A stretch of DNA of 62,301 nt, counting the filler, from Nemertoderma westbladi (taxonomy: Eukaryota; Animalia; Xenacoelomorpha): NCBI GenBank assembly GCA_032718475.1. It is 3 parts of 3 records of this genome, joined end to end, with 100 filler letters (N's around TTAATTAATTAA, not from the genome) between each part and the next. Parts side by side here need not be neighbours in the genome. Positions count along the whole stretch, not along the records: positions 41,514 to 62,301 come from JAUCBJ010002630.1; 2 more parts are not named here. One strand, 5' to 3'. The position numbers were made by a program, and so were the translations under genes. Position 1 is the stretch's first letter; each line of letters opens with the position of its first letter. The notes under the pieces are model-generated. The model did not search any database, was not told the origin of the DNA, and saw only the letters and a program-made list of their open reading frames with translations. Shown here one piece after another: positions 47,461 through 60,240 of this stretch.

Positions 47461-50400
47461 TCGTCCAATGTGTTGGACTGAGGGGGGTGGGAATGAGGGC
47501 GAGACGCCCTTCCCACACAAATAAGAAATATAAATAAAATAAAATAATAAAATAAGTAGAAGTTAGTAAGAAGTTAGTAAGAAGTAGTAGTTAGTAAAAG
47601 TTAGATAGTAAGTAGAAAGTAATAGTTAGTAGAAGTTAGATAGTAAGTAGAAAGTTAGAAAGTTAGTAAGTAGTTAGAAAGTTAATAGAAGTTAGTAAAA
47701 GAAAGTAAGAGGAGGAGTTAGAAGTAGGCAAGTTAGGGAGTGTGGTATATTGACATACCACGGAAGTAGGAGGGTACATAGTACCGTTAGAAGTAGGCAG
47801 TAAGGGAGTTTGGTATATTGACATACCACGAGTAGTAGCAGAGGGGTTGTGGACACCGGAAGCGCCACGTAGAAAGTAGTAGTAGAGAGGTTGTGGGCAC
47901 CGGAAGCGCCACGTAGAAAGTAGTAGTAGAGAGGTTGTGGGCACCGGAAGCGCCACGTAGAAAGTAGTAGTAGAGAGGTTGTGGGCACCGGAAGCGCCAC
48001 GTAGAAAGTAGTAGTAGAGAGGTTGTGGGCACCGAAAGCGCCACATAGAAAGAGAGTAGAGGGGTTGTGGGCACCGAAAGCGCCACGTAGAAAGAGAGTA
48101 AGAGGGTACATAGTACTGTTAGTAGAGTTAGAGAGTTACTAGTAGAGTCAATAAGTTGTAAGTAAGAAGTAAGTAGCAAGAGAGTTACATAGTAAGTAGT
48201 AAGTAAGAAGTAAGTAGCAAGGTAGGTACAATGATAGCACAGAGAGGGGTAGCATAAGAACTTGACACTTTGGGAGTATGAGAGGAGCACAGGGAAGTAT
48301 GGATAGGAGGTGTTGAAAGGATGAGAGAGAGTGTGAGGAGTGCAATTCGAATGTGGGGGGGGGGGGGAGCAGAGTGGAGTTAGAGTGGAGTTAGAGTGAG
48401 AAGTTAGAGTTCAGAGTGAGAGAGTTTTTAAAATTGTGTGAGGATTCCACAATTGTCTCAAACAGAGACGCCAGATGTCTTGGTGCAACATAGGTTGCGG
48501 TTGCACCAAGAAGGGGTAGTAATATCATACCCAGAGGGAGCGGCCTGGAAAGCCGACTCCAAGAAAAGAACTCCACCCACACCCGATAGTAGATCGGGTT
48601 CCAGCGGAATTGAAGCGCACTTATAGATGCTGCTATCTTCTCACCGGGAAGATAGCATGGTGGGGAGTGTAAGCGGATTCAATTCCGCCGCATTACCCTC
48701 ATAAAATGGGAAGTGGCACCTTTTCAGCAATGTTGGAGATACGAGATTAGCAGTAACTAATCTCGTATCACAACCAACACTGGGGAGAACACAAACCCCA
48801 AAGCCACACAAGGGAAGGTTAGAGGTCAAATCACCTCGGAAGGGGAAACAACCAGCAGGGGCCAACCGGGGGGGGGGGGGGGGGGGGAAACACTCCCACA
48901 GAATGGAGACGTGAAGTAGGTTATTAGCCAATAGGGGCGTGCAGGGCATCCACTAGGTGAAAGGCCACAGCAGTATAGAAGTAATTACATATATATTATG
49001 CCGTTACCGGTCTGGCTATTCAGTTATTGGTTTTAGTGTAGACCGGTGACATTTCTCACCGTCACCAACGTCACCAATATATCCACTCATACCGGTATCC
49101 ATCGAATTCTGTACTAAGTACATTATTGTGCTATTATTATCACTGTATTAATATTCAGCTATTGTATCAAGAAACAACAACGAACTCTCATCTCTATTAT
49201 TTCAACAACGGCCTAGGCCTAGCTACTAGACAAACGGTGACGCGTAGTTTATTGATCCGGTCGGGATCCCTTGATCCCGTCACATAGGTCAACATACAAA
49301 TTCAAAAACCAACCAACCCTTCGTCCATTGATACTGTATGTACAGGAATACACATCTGTTCCCATGGATACTGACTGACCAGGGAATCTTACTGTACCAA
49401 CTTAACATGTCTGTCTATGAACTACCCAGACAATCCAGACATACCGGTAATCTTTCAACCGCCGAGATACATTGAGACAATCAATGTACAGTGTATTAAC
49501 ATTTTGGATGCAGGTTATACTTGTTTTAATAAAGATAGCCATAATTTTATAGCATCTTTGCCAAATTAACATGAAGTAATATGCCTTGGCAACATGCAAC
49601 ACTTACTATGGGATCTTAGATAATTTTTACCTCGTCTAAAACGGTCTGTAGGCCTATACTGAGAAAAGACAGACATTTACAACCGCAGTCGAGGTGCCTA
49701 CTCCAGCACAGCAAAAGGGAAGCCTATAGAGAGATTCCTATATTCCTACTCCACCATAGTTTCTGAATAAAAAGTTGGGAACGATTCGATGTGCGATTCG
49801 AAATACAGTATTAGCATATTATCAACATTATGGAACGCAAAATTATAGACCAATAACTACACTCGCGAGTTGTTAGTTTCATTTCTCGAATACTTAGTGG
49901 GTGGTGAGTAAGAATTTATATTTTTGCTCTCATTTTTTTTAGCAACAAGCATTAAAAAAACTGCCCCCAGAGGTTCCAGTTCCAGCATCAGTTCCACCGC
50001 AGTTATTCTTCTTTTGTTTGGGGATGATGGAAAGTTGGTCCGTTGGTTGGATTCCAAATATTTAAAAATATTTGAATTGAATTTGAAAATATCTACCTTG
50101 CATCCTTAAACGTAGCTAAATGAGTACTGGAGTTTCCTCTGGGGAGTATAGTTCTGGGGGGACCGCACTGGCTACTACCCTATTTAATACAGATATGGTA
50201 AACTAAAACCATTTATTGGGAAGAAATACTCTACATCATTTTGGTGTTGGATTGGTACAGTACAATAAGAGCCTTAATTAAAGATTATCTTTCAAATTGT
50301 GAACTATAAATTATTACGGGAATGTCAGTGAAACACTCTTAGACTGTGATGATTGTATACAGTCTATGTTAATCTACTTAGAAATAATACCACAATGAAT

Positions 50401-51331
50401 GAGTGTATTTGATATTATAAAAGTTGGTACAAATGAAGCTGAGGGAGATTAATCAGATTTAGAGTTTCAAAGATTCGATTTTGGTAAATGAACAACGAAC
50501 AAACATTAATAATATGTAAATGAGGCTAATGTTAAATTTTAATTTATAGGTATTTTTATTTCAAACGCTGTAATAAAGTTGATATTTTTTAATTTGTTGT
50601 TTTCAATATTTTGTTTTAGAAATATTTCTAAACAAGTTCAATAAATTTAGAAGTCACTTTTTTCATTTATAAATTTCACTAACATTTTTAGAAAAAAAAC
50701 CCTGCCTGCAGGCTATATTTATTAATTTTAATAAATACACAATTCTGGAACATTTTGTTTATCTCTGTAGCTGGGCAAAAATACAATGCCTATAATAATA
50801 ATACTAGTACAGTACATGGATATTCATACATAAACAAAACAAACAACAAACTGGTGCAATATCGCATCGCCGTAGATGGGAAACAAAACTAAAAATTCTG
50901 ACTCACCCTGTAAGGAGTGGTGGGAGGGCAGGTACCTGAATAACGGCAATCTATTCCTGGTCATATGGTAATGAAACACATACCTAAATAAATTTATCGC
51001 TATGGGGGTGATCCTGGTCGTTTATTTCAATTCTGGTGTCATTTTTGATGTTTGTAGAAGTACTTCCGTATATTTTGACAGACAGACATACACGCAGACA
51101 GATAGTCTAGATTATGTCAAACTTTAAAACTGGTAACGGAAATGAAAACAGCAACCATGACAATTTTATTAGCTGGTCTGCCGCCTTATAATTTGGCAGA
51201 TATTTAGAACTAACCTTATGTTTTGAAAATTACGCCATTTACATAAAATTAGAAACTTTCAATTGGGTTTTCTCAACATTTACTTTTTCGCTTCCATGGC
51301 AACCTGCATAGGCCTACACAGTTAGTAGGCC

Positions 51332-51752
51332 TAGTGTTTAAACGGAATCCCGATCCCGAAAAACCGGGATCCCGGCTATAAATGCAATCCCGGTCCCGAT
51401 CCCGACTTCCGAACGATCCGGAACGGGATCCCGAACTATAAATAGTGAAGTAAATTTCTTGAATATCTGATAAATAGTTCCAGCAGAACGGAAATATATT
51501 GATTATAGAGAATTAGAATTTATATGCCGGTATACCCAACCATTAATCAATTGCAAAACAATTTTAACATAACTTTATCTTACTAATATTTCAGAACTGT
51601 AAGATAAAGTGAGTGATACCCAAAACCCGTCACTACTATTACCTTTGAGAAATTTGATCCAAAATTGCAATCCCGATCCCGAAAAACGGGATCCCGAGAG
51701 TGATAATCCCGGTCCCGGAAATCCCGAAAAGTCTGATCCCGTTTAAACACTA
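51332..51752. mobile_element. hAT-like MITE
   Basis: TIR TAGTGTTTAAACGG(A/G)ATC at both ends, subterminal ATCCCG repeats; no matching TSD seen. Confidence 0.7.
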
Positions 51753-52296
51753 ATACACATTAATTTATATTTTAGCTGCAAAAATTGCCCGGTGCCAACC
51801 TGTGAAAAGTCACATTGTTATCAGGAAAGCCATTGAGAAAATAATATTATTGCATGATGACGACCCAAGTTTATGGTCCCCCTTGAACTCAATTGAGTGA
51901 TATTGCACTAAGTGAACATTGTGTAGGCCTACACATTATAACTGGACAAATGATGGTAATTTGTTACCCAATTCCGCTTGATATTATTTCAACTTAATTG
52001 TTTATACCTATAAAAGTCAAATTTTATCTCTCTCTCTCTCTCTCTGTTGTGCTCGAACTCCTCCAAAACGGGCGCAGGGACTTGGCATATGTGTATAACT
52101 TTAACGAGCTGTCGTAATAGGCCACTTTTCGAAAAGTTTAATTGACGTTCGGTACCGGTACCGGCGGGATACCAGGTAACCCACCTCGGGTATTCCCAGC
52201 TAGTTACCAATATCAATCAAGCATTGCCAACAATTACTCGTCCATTCAATTATCCAGTTGTATTGTATGCGAAATGTTTTGTAAATATTATTTCGT

Positions 52297-52368
52297 GGGG
52301 GTATAGCTCAGTGGTAGAGCATTCGACTGCAGATCGAGAGGTCCCCAGTTCAAATCTGGGTGCCCCCT
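52297..52368 (+). tRNA. tRNA-Cys(GCA)
   Basis: 72 nt; acceptor stem GGGGGTA/TGCCCCC, anticodon arm TTCGA-CTGCAGA-TCGAG, T-loop GTTCAAATC, U discriminator, downstream TTTT. Confidence 0.95.
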
Positions 52369-52904
52369 TATCGTTTTGCATTTTCCAGAACAATAATTTA
52401 TGAATTCAAACTTCTACTGTTAGCTGATGAGATCTGAGAACCGTTCTATATTCTATCTATAACCTGTTCTTATTTAATCATGTTGGCTGATTAAATGTAT
52501 TATATACTTCTAATAGCACTTTCATGTTCTTATTCATACAATTAATTTTCTAATACGTGGTGGTGTTGGTGTTTAAAGATCTCTGTAAAATCCACTTTTC
52601 CTCACATAACTTATAATGTTCTTATTCCAGTATTTGACTTCAAAGTGACCACCTCCCGACTCCAGTCTCCAGACGATGAAAGCTCACCTGAGTTAAGATC
52701 ACGATAAAGTTAAGGTAATAAAAACAAAATGAAAGTTGAGTTGAAAACTAATTTATTACATTTTAATTACATAAACTATATTACTTACTACGACCGCAAA
52801 CCATAAAACTAACTAATAAGTCTTAACGTAAAAATTGAAATAATTTACAAGGTGATTCTAGTAAATAAATACTCAAGAATAAACCCTAAATGGTTAACGT
52901 TAGG

Positions 52905-53638
52905 AGAACCAATGACATCCCTTTGAGTAGGAATAGAACCAATGACTTCCATTTGGGTAGGAATAGAACCAATGACTTCCCTTAGGGTAGGAATATAACC
53001 AATGACTTCCCTTTGGGAAGGAATAGAACCAATGACTTCCCTTTGGGTGGAATAGAACCAATGACTTCCCTTTGGGTAGGAATAGAACCAATGACTTCCC
53101 TTTGGGTAGGAATAGAACCAATGACTTCCCTTTGGGTAGGAATAGAACCAATGACTTCCCTTTGGGTAGGAATAGAACCAATGACTTCCCTTTGGGTAGG
53201 AATAGAACCAATGACTTCCCTTTGGGTAGGAATAGAACCAATGATTTCCCTTTGGGTAGAAATAGAACCAATGACTTCCCTTTGGGTAGAAATAGAACCA
53301 ATGACTTCCCTTTGGGTAGAAATAGAACCAATGACTTCCCTTTGGGTAGTAATAGAACCAATGACTTCCCTTAGGGTAGGAATAGAACCAATGACTTCCC
53401 TTTGGGTAGAAATAGAACCAATGACTTCCCTTAGGGTAGGAATAGAACCAATGACTTCCCTTTGGGTGGAATAGAACCAATGACTTCCCTTTGGGTGGAA
53501 TAGAACCAATGACTTCCCTTAGGGTAGGAATAGAACCAATGACTTCCCTTGGGGTAGGAATTGAACCAGTGACTTCCCTTTGGGTAGGAATAGAACCAAT
53601 GACTTCCCTTTGGGTGGAATAGAACCAATGACTTCCCT
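52905..53638. repeat. 30-bp minisatellite, about 24 copies
   Basis: Unit TTTGGGTAGGAATAGAACCAATGACTTCCC with occasional 29-bp variants. Confidence 0.95.
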
Positions 53639-53654
53639 GGGAATGGGATTTAGC

Positions 53655-54437
53655 TTAGCCCTTACCAGGAGGGTGTACAAATGACTTCCCAGGTGGTAGA
53701 ACTACTGACTTCCAGGTGGGATGTGTCTCCAACGCATTTACGATTTCCTCATCTAGCATGTCGTAGCGACGCACCTCGCTAGGCGACTTACCGCCCTCGT
53801 CATGACAAACTATATTCATATACCAAATCTTTAGGATCGTCCCGACAACGATAATCATGAAGAGGAAGACGACGTTGACGGGATCGGCGGTTAATCGCTC
53901 CGATCTGAGACTCAGGTCGTAATCGTTAAACCCGCTGCGGTGGTACTCCAACGTAGACACGTTTATGTTGCGCTCACCAGCGTGGAGTCTCGCATCGTAG
54001 GCGGCACGCCGGCCAGGGTGCGCCAAAACGGCGTAGCTGACCTCCAACAGGTCGAAGGCGGACTTGGGAGCGCGATTGTAACGGAGGTCGTTCTGTCGGC
54101 GGAGGTAGGCATAGCGTAGAGAGCGAGGGTTCAATCCCGGGTGACCGCCGATAATGTCGTAGAGGTTGTCTGGGGCGTCAGTGGGGGCAGGAGCGTTAGG
54201 GAGGGCGTCAGTGGGGGCATGGGCGTTAGAGAGGGCATCAGTGGGGGCAGGGGGGATGGGGGCGTTACGACGGGGAATGTTAGGAGAAGTACCATCTTCC
54301 TTCATCGGTTTATTTATAGATACGTTATCGATGGTTTTATGGCGAGAAATTAACGAAAATAAGGGAAATAATTTACTCGGAGAGTCACAAAGTCGGGGAT
54401 TTTCTTGAGGTTTTGCGAATAAACGGCTAGATAACAT
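53655..54437 (-). CDS. Intronless degenerate J-domain (DnaJ-like) membrane protein, possibly mitochondrial
   Basis: NLYDIIG..LRYAYLR..F..L..SYAVL..P.RRAAYD resembles J-domain helices without HPD. Basic N-terminus MLSSRLFAK and a TM segment VVFLFMIIVVGTILKIWYM. The start could be upstream (ORF open from 54539). Confidence 0.65.
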   Translation of the reverse strand: MLSSRLFAKPQENPRLCDSPSKLFPLFSLISRHKTIDNVSINKPMKEDGTSPNIPRRNAPIPPAPTDALSNAHAPTDALPNAPAPTDAPDNLYDIIGGHPGLNPRSLRYAYLRRQNDLRYNRAPKSAFDLLEVSYAVLAHPGRRAAYDARLHAGERNINVSTLEYHRSGFNDYDLSLRSERLTADPVNVVFLFMIIVVGTILKIWYMNIVCHDEGGKSPSEVRRYDMLDEEIVNALETHPTWKSVVLPPGKSFVHPPGKG

Positions 54438-54900
54438 CGTATACTTCGTTAAAAACCTCACCAATCGCTGTTTTACCAGCCGATTGCAACTAAAATTTAG
54501 GGAGTAAAAATATATTCCCATTTTACGAGAGAAAATCATTAAAGTTTACAGTGTGCAGTGCTGGGAGAAGAACGTCTATAAATGACAAAAATCTATCAAA
54601 GTACCGGTACCGTCTGTCTGTCTAAGGAAAAATAGACAGATAGAAGATGATCTCTACGATACCCTACTGTCTAATCCAGTAATGAGTGCGATGCTCCGTT
54701 TTAGTTAGTATCTGAGTTAATCTGTTTATAGTTTATGGAGTTCCTGACTGCCTGAGTACCGGTACCGTCTGGCCGTTCTGCCGTTACCGGTAATAACAGA
54801 ATAAAGGAAACAGAAAAAAATCCACTACGGCAGACCGGTTGCAGTTTGCAGACTACACCGATAGGCGTATCAGTTAACGGTACAATTATAATGTTACTAA

Positions 54901-55182
54901 TTAATCAGCCTCTGGAGCTTCTACTAGAATCTGTTTCCACTTCTCCCCGACTTCCTCGAGATCTACTCCAGACGCGGTGTCCCCCAAGAGCGTTCGCTCA
55001 GTGGATATAATGTGCTGCGTGCAGCCGTTGTAGCAATTCTTAGCGTAGCGTTTAAATATGCGAGGATAAGCGAGATCTTGACACATGTCAATGCACTTGA
55101 ACATGCCGTCTACCATGCGACCGTACCGTGGGTGGAAGAAAGCCGTGTCAAGGGCGAGTTCAGCTGTACTGCTGCTAGTCAT
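54901..55182 (-). CDS. Small twin-CX3C protein (FAM136A- or small-Tim-like), 93 aa
   Basis: MFKCIDMC-x15-CYNGC motif; GC-richer, coding-like composition relative to the flanks. Confidence 0.45.
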   Translation of the reverse strand: MTSSSTAELALDTAFFHPRYGRMVDGMFKCIDMCQDLAYPRIFKRYAKNCYNGCTQHIISTERTLLGDTASGVDLEEVGEKWKQILVEAPEAD

Positions 55183-56700
55183 AACGGCAACGGTGATTGC
55201 AGGATTGGTTGGTATCAGAAACAAAAATTAACAATATTATTATTATTCCAGTATTATATCAGTCCTGCAGTCTGTCTTGCAGTTTTGTCTGTTTGTTTAG
55301 GCATACGGTACAGGCACTTCTGTTTCTGTACCTGTCTGCCTGTGTACCCTACTGCAGTACTGGTGTCCTTCAGACTGTCAGACAGTCAGACATAAATCAA
55401 CAATCAACCAAGTAAAGTACCGGTCTGCCGGTACTCTGGGAAGAAAATCAGCAGTCTGGCAGTATGGCTACAGTTTACTTACTGGTTTATGGTTTATACG
55501 GTACGCACGGTTTGACGGTTAGCAGCACAGCACCAGCTATAGCTACGGTCGGTCACACGGTATAACTGTATAAAGTATGCCTACAAGTGACAGGAGAAGG
55601 CCCTATGGAACTGACAATAAATTAATTCAGTAAAATGCAGAAATGGATAGCGCCTACTGCAGTACTGCTGACTGGTGTACTACTGTACTGAAATTTTAAA
55701 TTGGAACCACCAGGCTGCCACTCCTGCCAGGCCAGGGGCGATGAGTAATTGGTTCTCTGTTAATGTCTTCTGTTAACTTAAACAGAGAACATTAACAGAG
55801 GGTTTTATCAGAGAGTGCAAATTTGGTGAGCAATTTACCTATTTTAGTTCGCTGTTTAAATGTTCTCTGTTAGCCTTCTGTTTAGGGGGTGAGCAGATCA
55901 TTAACAGAGAACTAACTTTTCCATATGCGGTCCCTTTGATGTATGAAAATTTCCATATGCGGCATCCCTTTATTCTTGTTAATGATTCAATATAAAAACA
56001 TCCACTGATAATGTGTAGTACCACCCACGATCCCGATTATGTTTACTCTATACTGTCTATATTGTTTATACTGATCTACTCATGTGTACTCGCATGGTCA
56101 ACTATATACTCAGCAACGCAACCTAAAGAGCTGCATAATACTGTAGAGCCTTAAAATAACGTATTAAGAGACACATTATTTATTTAAAGACGCCTGTGGA
56201 ACTTAAGGCTCCATTGCTCTAAAAAATATAATATCAGAAAAATGTTATTTTTTAGCGAAAATTTTATTAAATCCATTCTAATTCACATAGGGGCCTCCTA
56301 ATTAAAATATTGATAGCATCGATTCAATAATTAAATTTATTATATTAATGAAAAGGAGTAGATTACAGTGAAGGTAAAGTAAAAGTCAAGTTTTCTTCGG
56401 CCGGTAGGCCAGTGATTACGCACAAAGTCTTATTTCCAGTGCGGTCCCAGAGAATTACATGAGGAAACTCCAGTACTCATTTAGCTACCACTCAAGTAAG
56501 GGTGTAAGGAAGAGTACAATAGCGTACTGAGGGGGAGACCGTGTGGTTATAGCCTCTCCCTTGAAAGAAAGTAGAAAAAAATTCCTCAAAAATTTAACTA
56601 TCAGAAGTTATCTTAATTAAGCCGTAGCGGTTTAATCCATTGCCTTGAATTCACGTCCCCCTGAAGGTGGTGTGTTTAAAACCCACAAATCGTATGTACA

Positions 56701-57150
56701 TGTAAGCGGATTCAATTCCATTGCACTATCCACCCGAAAATGGGACCAGTGGCATTTTACCAATATAGTTGGGGATACTAGATTACCAATAATAATCTCG
56801 CCTCATAACCAACTTGGGGGGGGGGGGGGGGATACAAGCCCTAAAGCCACAGAGAGAGGTGAGAGGTCAAACCACCTCGGAGGGAGAACACAGCTAGTAA
56901 AGGCTAGCGGCGGGGGGGGGGGGGGACACTCACAGCGAGTGCCAAAGTGACAATCAGTATGTAAGCCTATAGCAGGCAGGGGAGCACGTGGACAGAGATA
57001 GGAACGCATCCATTGGGTACAGAAGGCCAAGTACAGTAAGAGGTGAAACCAATATCTGTGTGTATCAATCATATATTATTCTGTACTGATTTACCGGTCA
57101 GTTCATTAATCACAGAGTTGCAGACCAGTCATAGTTTTCGACCGTCGCCA
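56701..57150 (+). mobile_element. 3'-truncated LTR of the BEL-like family inside the Harbinger element
   Basis: Starts TGTAAGCGGATTCAATTCC and follows the layout of 48668 onward; lacks the GATCCCGTCACA end. Confidence 0.75.
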
Positions 57151-58392
57151 ACTTATCCGTTTGGTAGGGTCTTTTGGTTGGGGGGGAGGGGGGGGGGTGG
57201 GGTGGAAGAGGTGGGAGTGCCAAAGTCCGGCATAGATATGGCCACGCCCTTTACCGATTCCTCGGTATGCTAGTGGGAAGAGATGCACCCTGGTTAGTCC
57301 CTTTAAATAATTCTTGCCGAAATGAAAATTGCCTGAGCCCCCATGCAAGGATTGAACTCTGGAGAGATGTGAATTCAATGCAACCTGACTACACCAAGAT
57401 GGAACCTTAGTGTAGTGCAGGGATAGGACGGTAGTTACTTTTTGCGGTAGCGGTAGTTGCGGTAGCAAAAATTGTAGCTGCTATTAATGGAGTTAGAGGC
57501 TTTTTAAAGTTTAGACTCTTTGCGTTAGAACGACGTTAGAACGTCCTACGACTTGCCGGTTATATGCGGAGCTGAAACTTGGCAGAATAACCTTTATGTC
57601 TACAGTACGATCTATTTCTATTCACATTGTTTGTGGCCATTTTCCAGAATGTGATGCCTATCACCCAAAATTCAAAGTTTGTTACACTTTGAGTCTTGAG
57701 TGCTCAATTATTTTACTTTAACAAATTTGCGTTCGTGTTAATTTATTTGGTGCGGAGTTTTCAAAGAAATGCAGGCCTACTACAGTACAACTGCAAAAAA
57801 ATACTTTTTAAATTTATTTTAAAAATACATTTTTTAATTTTTTTAAATTCATTCTTATATTTATTTATTATTTCATTTTACGTATCTAAATTTTCATCAA
57901 TTTATTATTGATAATCCTTGACTTTTACATCACCGTTCGCGAAGTTTAATGAACTTACTGTACTGTAGTTTCTGTTTAGTGTTTATTGCCTGTTCACTCT
58001 TGAAAAAATCTCTCCACAATTCGATCTCGTGCAACTTTACCAATAATGTCGTACTCCACAGTAGCCCGAACATCATATTGACGATCAGCAATTTCTTCTT
58101 CATCATATCGTGCATCAACTGGAACAAGTGGTACATTACACCTGATAGCATAATTGTGTAGACATGCGCAAGCAAGTATTTTGCGCTCCAAGGATAGACA
58201 ACGAAATCGAGATTTAACAACTCCATTGACCCTTTCTACTATCGACCGCGTCCTCTTATGCGCCCTGTTGTACCGCAATTGAGAACTAGTAAGTGGCTTC
58301 CCAATAGGCGTCATCAACCATGGGTCGAAGTGTAAATGCATTACAGTCTTGTATAGAGCATACAAGACTGTAATGCATTTACACTTCGACCC

Positions 58393-58715
58393 TCATACCT
58401 GTTGCTCAGCTGTAGTGTGAAGCTGGATCTCACACTTGGCTGTTGCAACAGAGAGGACCAGTCATGCTGCGGCAAGGCAGATTTCGTTGTTCTGCTAGCA
58501 CGCAGACTAAGTCTTACCTTGGCCACAATAAGGCGGTGATCACTGGAGAAGGGTCGAAGTGTAAATGCATTATAGGCTTGTATAGAGCTCCTGTATTTCC
58601 TACGAAACAGGATATGGTCTATCTGGGACTTGTGACCACTGGGTCCACTATGAGTCCATAGCTTTCCAGTTCGCTTCTTGAACTGGGTTCCAGCCGAAAA
58701 CAATCCATTTCCAGA
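58393..58715 (-). mobile_element. RTE-type LINE endonuclease fragment inserted in the Harbinger transposase
   Basis: KLWTHSGPSGHKSQIDHIL..SSDHRLIVAKVRLSL (APE C-terminal motifs). Confidence 0.8.
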
Positions 58716-60167
58716 GATAAAATCCTGAAGACTGATCTTGGCCGCTGTAGTGCGGTGTACACCATGTAAATCTCCAACAGCTCTGGCATACCCTCCATCA
58801 GCGTAGTACCTGGTAGTAGTATAGCCAACTGTATTTCAGGAAACACCCTTCTTTGGATCTAACATGATGTCACCACGAATAACTGAAAGAATTTCTTCAA
58901 AATGAACAGGATAAAACCTGAACCTTTCAAAAAAATCATATTGTCGTAATTGGGATAACGGGTTGTACTTCTTATTATATACTGGTTTACGCCTGTTACC
59001 AATTTCTATGTCAAACTGAACACGCCACATGTTAATGTTAAATATTACAGTTGGCAATATTACATGGTGTGTTAACACGTGCTTCTGCTAATAGCCTAAA
59101 CAGAGGTTTTACCTCTGTTAAGGAAAATGTTCTCAATTAGTTCACAGAGAACTATCAGTGAACGTAAAACTCACCCTTTATCAGTGACTTATCAGACAGA
59201 GAACTAACATTACCAATAACTCACCGACTAAAATTATCAGCGAACAAATCTTCTCTGTTAGCTTAACAGAGGCTTAACAGAGGCAATTGCTCATCGCCCC
59301 AGGCCCAGGACACAGGTTGGGGCGTTGGGGTTCTATTCTATCACATTTTAGGCACAGTGACAAACATCTTTCTGCCTTTCACCTTTCCTCAGTGGCCATT
59401 TGTGGACCAGTTTGTCTCAATTTCACACAGACATTCTCTGACCTATGTGTAACTTCATAGAAAAAAAAAATTTTAATTAGGTGATTTTCCGCTTCGAGCA
59501 GCACGATAGAAAATCATGACTCATGAGTATATGGCTTTTTTTTCGAAAAGTCAATTTTTGCCTGTTTTCAAATGTGCACCATTTCCTCAATTTTCCTTCA
59601 ATTTGCCGGAAAATCTACAGACAGACACTCCAGGACGTGTACTTAATGTGATGTAAATTTTACGGCTGCAGGGACATTCCGCACGAAATAATCACACTTT
59701 TATAGGATTTTTTACCTTAGGTGCTCGGATTTTTTTGAAATTTGGTGGAGAGCTAGTACTTATTGAGTAAGTAACTCATGCTAAATTTTAGATCTTGAAC
59801 TGCGTGCAATCACAAGATATGCCACCCATGATCTACTAACAGTTATAGTGGGTCATGTGCCACCTCAAAGTTTGAGGTTTTCGCTGATTTCCAGTCGGAC
59901 CGGAAGTATACAAAGAGGCATTATTAATGAAGATCTCATAATAAACATGCAACATAAGTATTCATTTGAAAGCTCTTGTCTCGCTCTTTCATAATATCGT
60001 GATACTTGTGCTATATTTTCCACATAGCTCTTTTAATGTAGCTTTAAAGACTTTAAATGCGAAGTGCGAAAAACATGTATACTTCAATTTTGCTCAAACT
60101 TGGCTCAAATTATCCTTATTATGTCTCGTGACTTCGTGACTTACAGGCGTTTTTATTTTGGTCATTC

Positions 60168-60240
60168 GACGGTTTTGCGAAACATCGCGATGTTTCGCAA
60201 AGCATCGCGATGTTTTGCAAAGCATCGCGAAATGTTGCAA
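60168..60240. repeat. Short 21-bp palindromic tandem repeat
   Basis: About 3 units of the type TTTGCGAAACATCGCGATGTT. Confidence 0.7.

Larger units (their letters stand above)
41514..49284 (+). mobile_element. Second BEL/Pao-like LTR element (gag and protease, no RT); 5' LTR cut by the gap
   Basis: Partial 5' LTR 41514-41725 matches the end of the 3' LTR 48668-49284. PPT and preceding hairpin as in the first element. Confidence 0.88.
55736..59299 (-). mobile_element. PIF/Harbinger DNA transposon, decayed, with nested insertions
   Basis: TIR GGGCGATGAG(T/C)AATTG, 3-bp TSD CAG. Transposase remnants FFERFRF (about 58920) and PWLMTP..YNRAHKRTRSIVERVNGVVKSRFRCL..ACACLHN (57994-58325). Confidence 0.88.

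Noticed and set aside
52845-53628. Long repetitive ORFs on both strands
   Set aside because: By-products of a 30-bp unit lacking stops. The same applies to ORFs over the 4.0-4.2 kb microsatellite and 47.7-48.3 kb.
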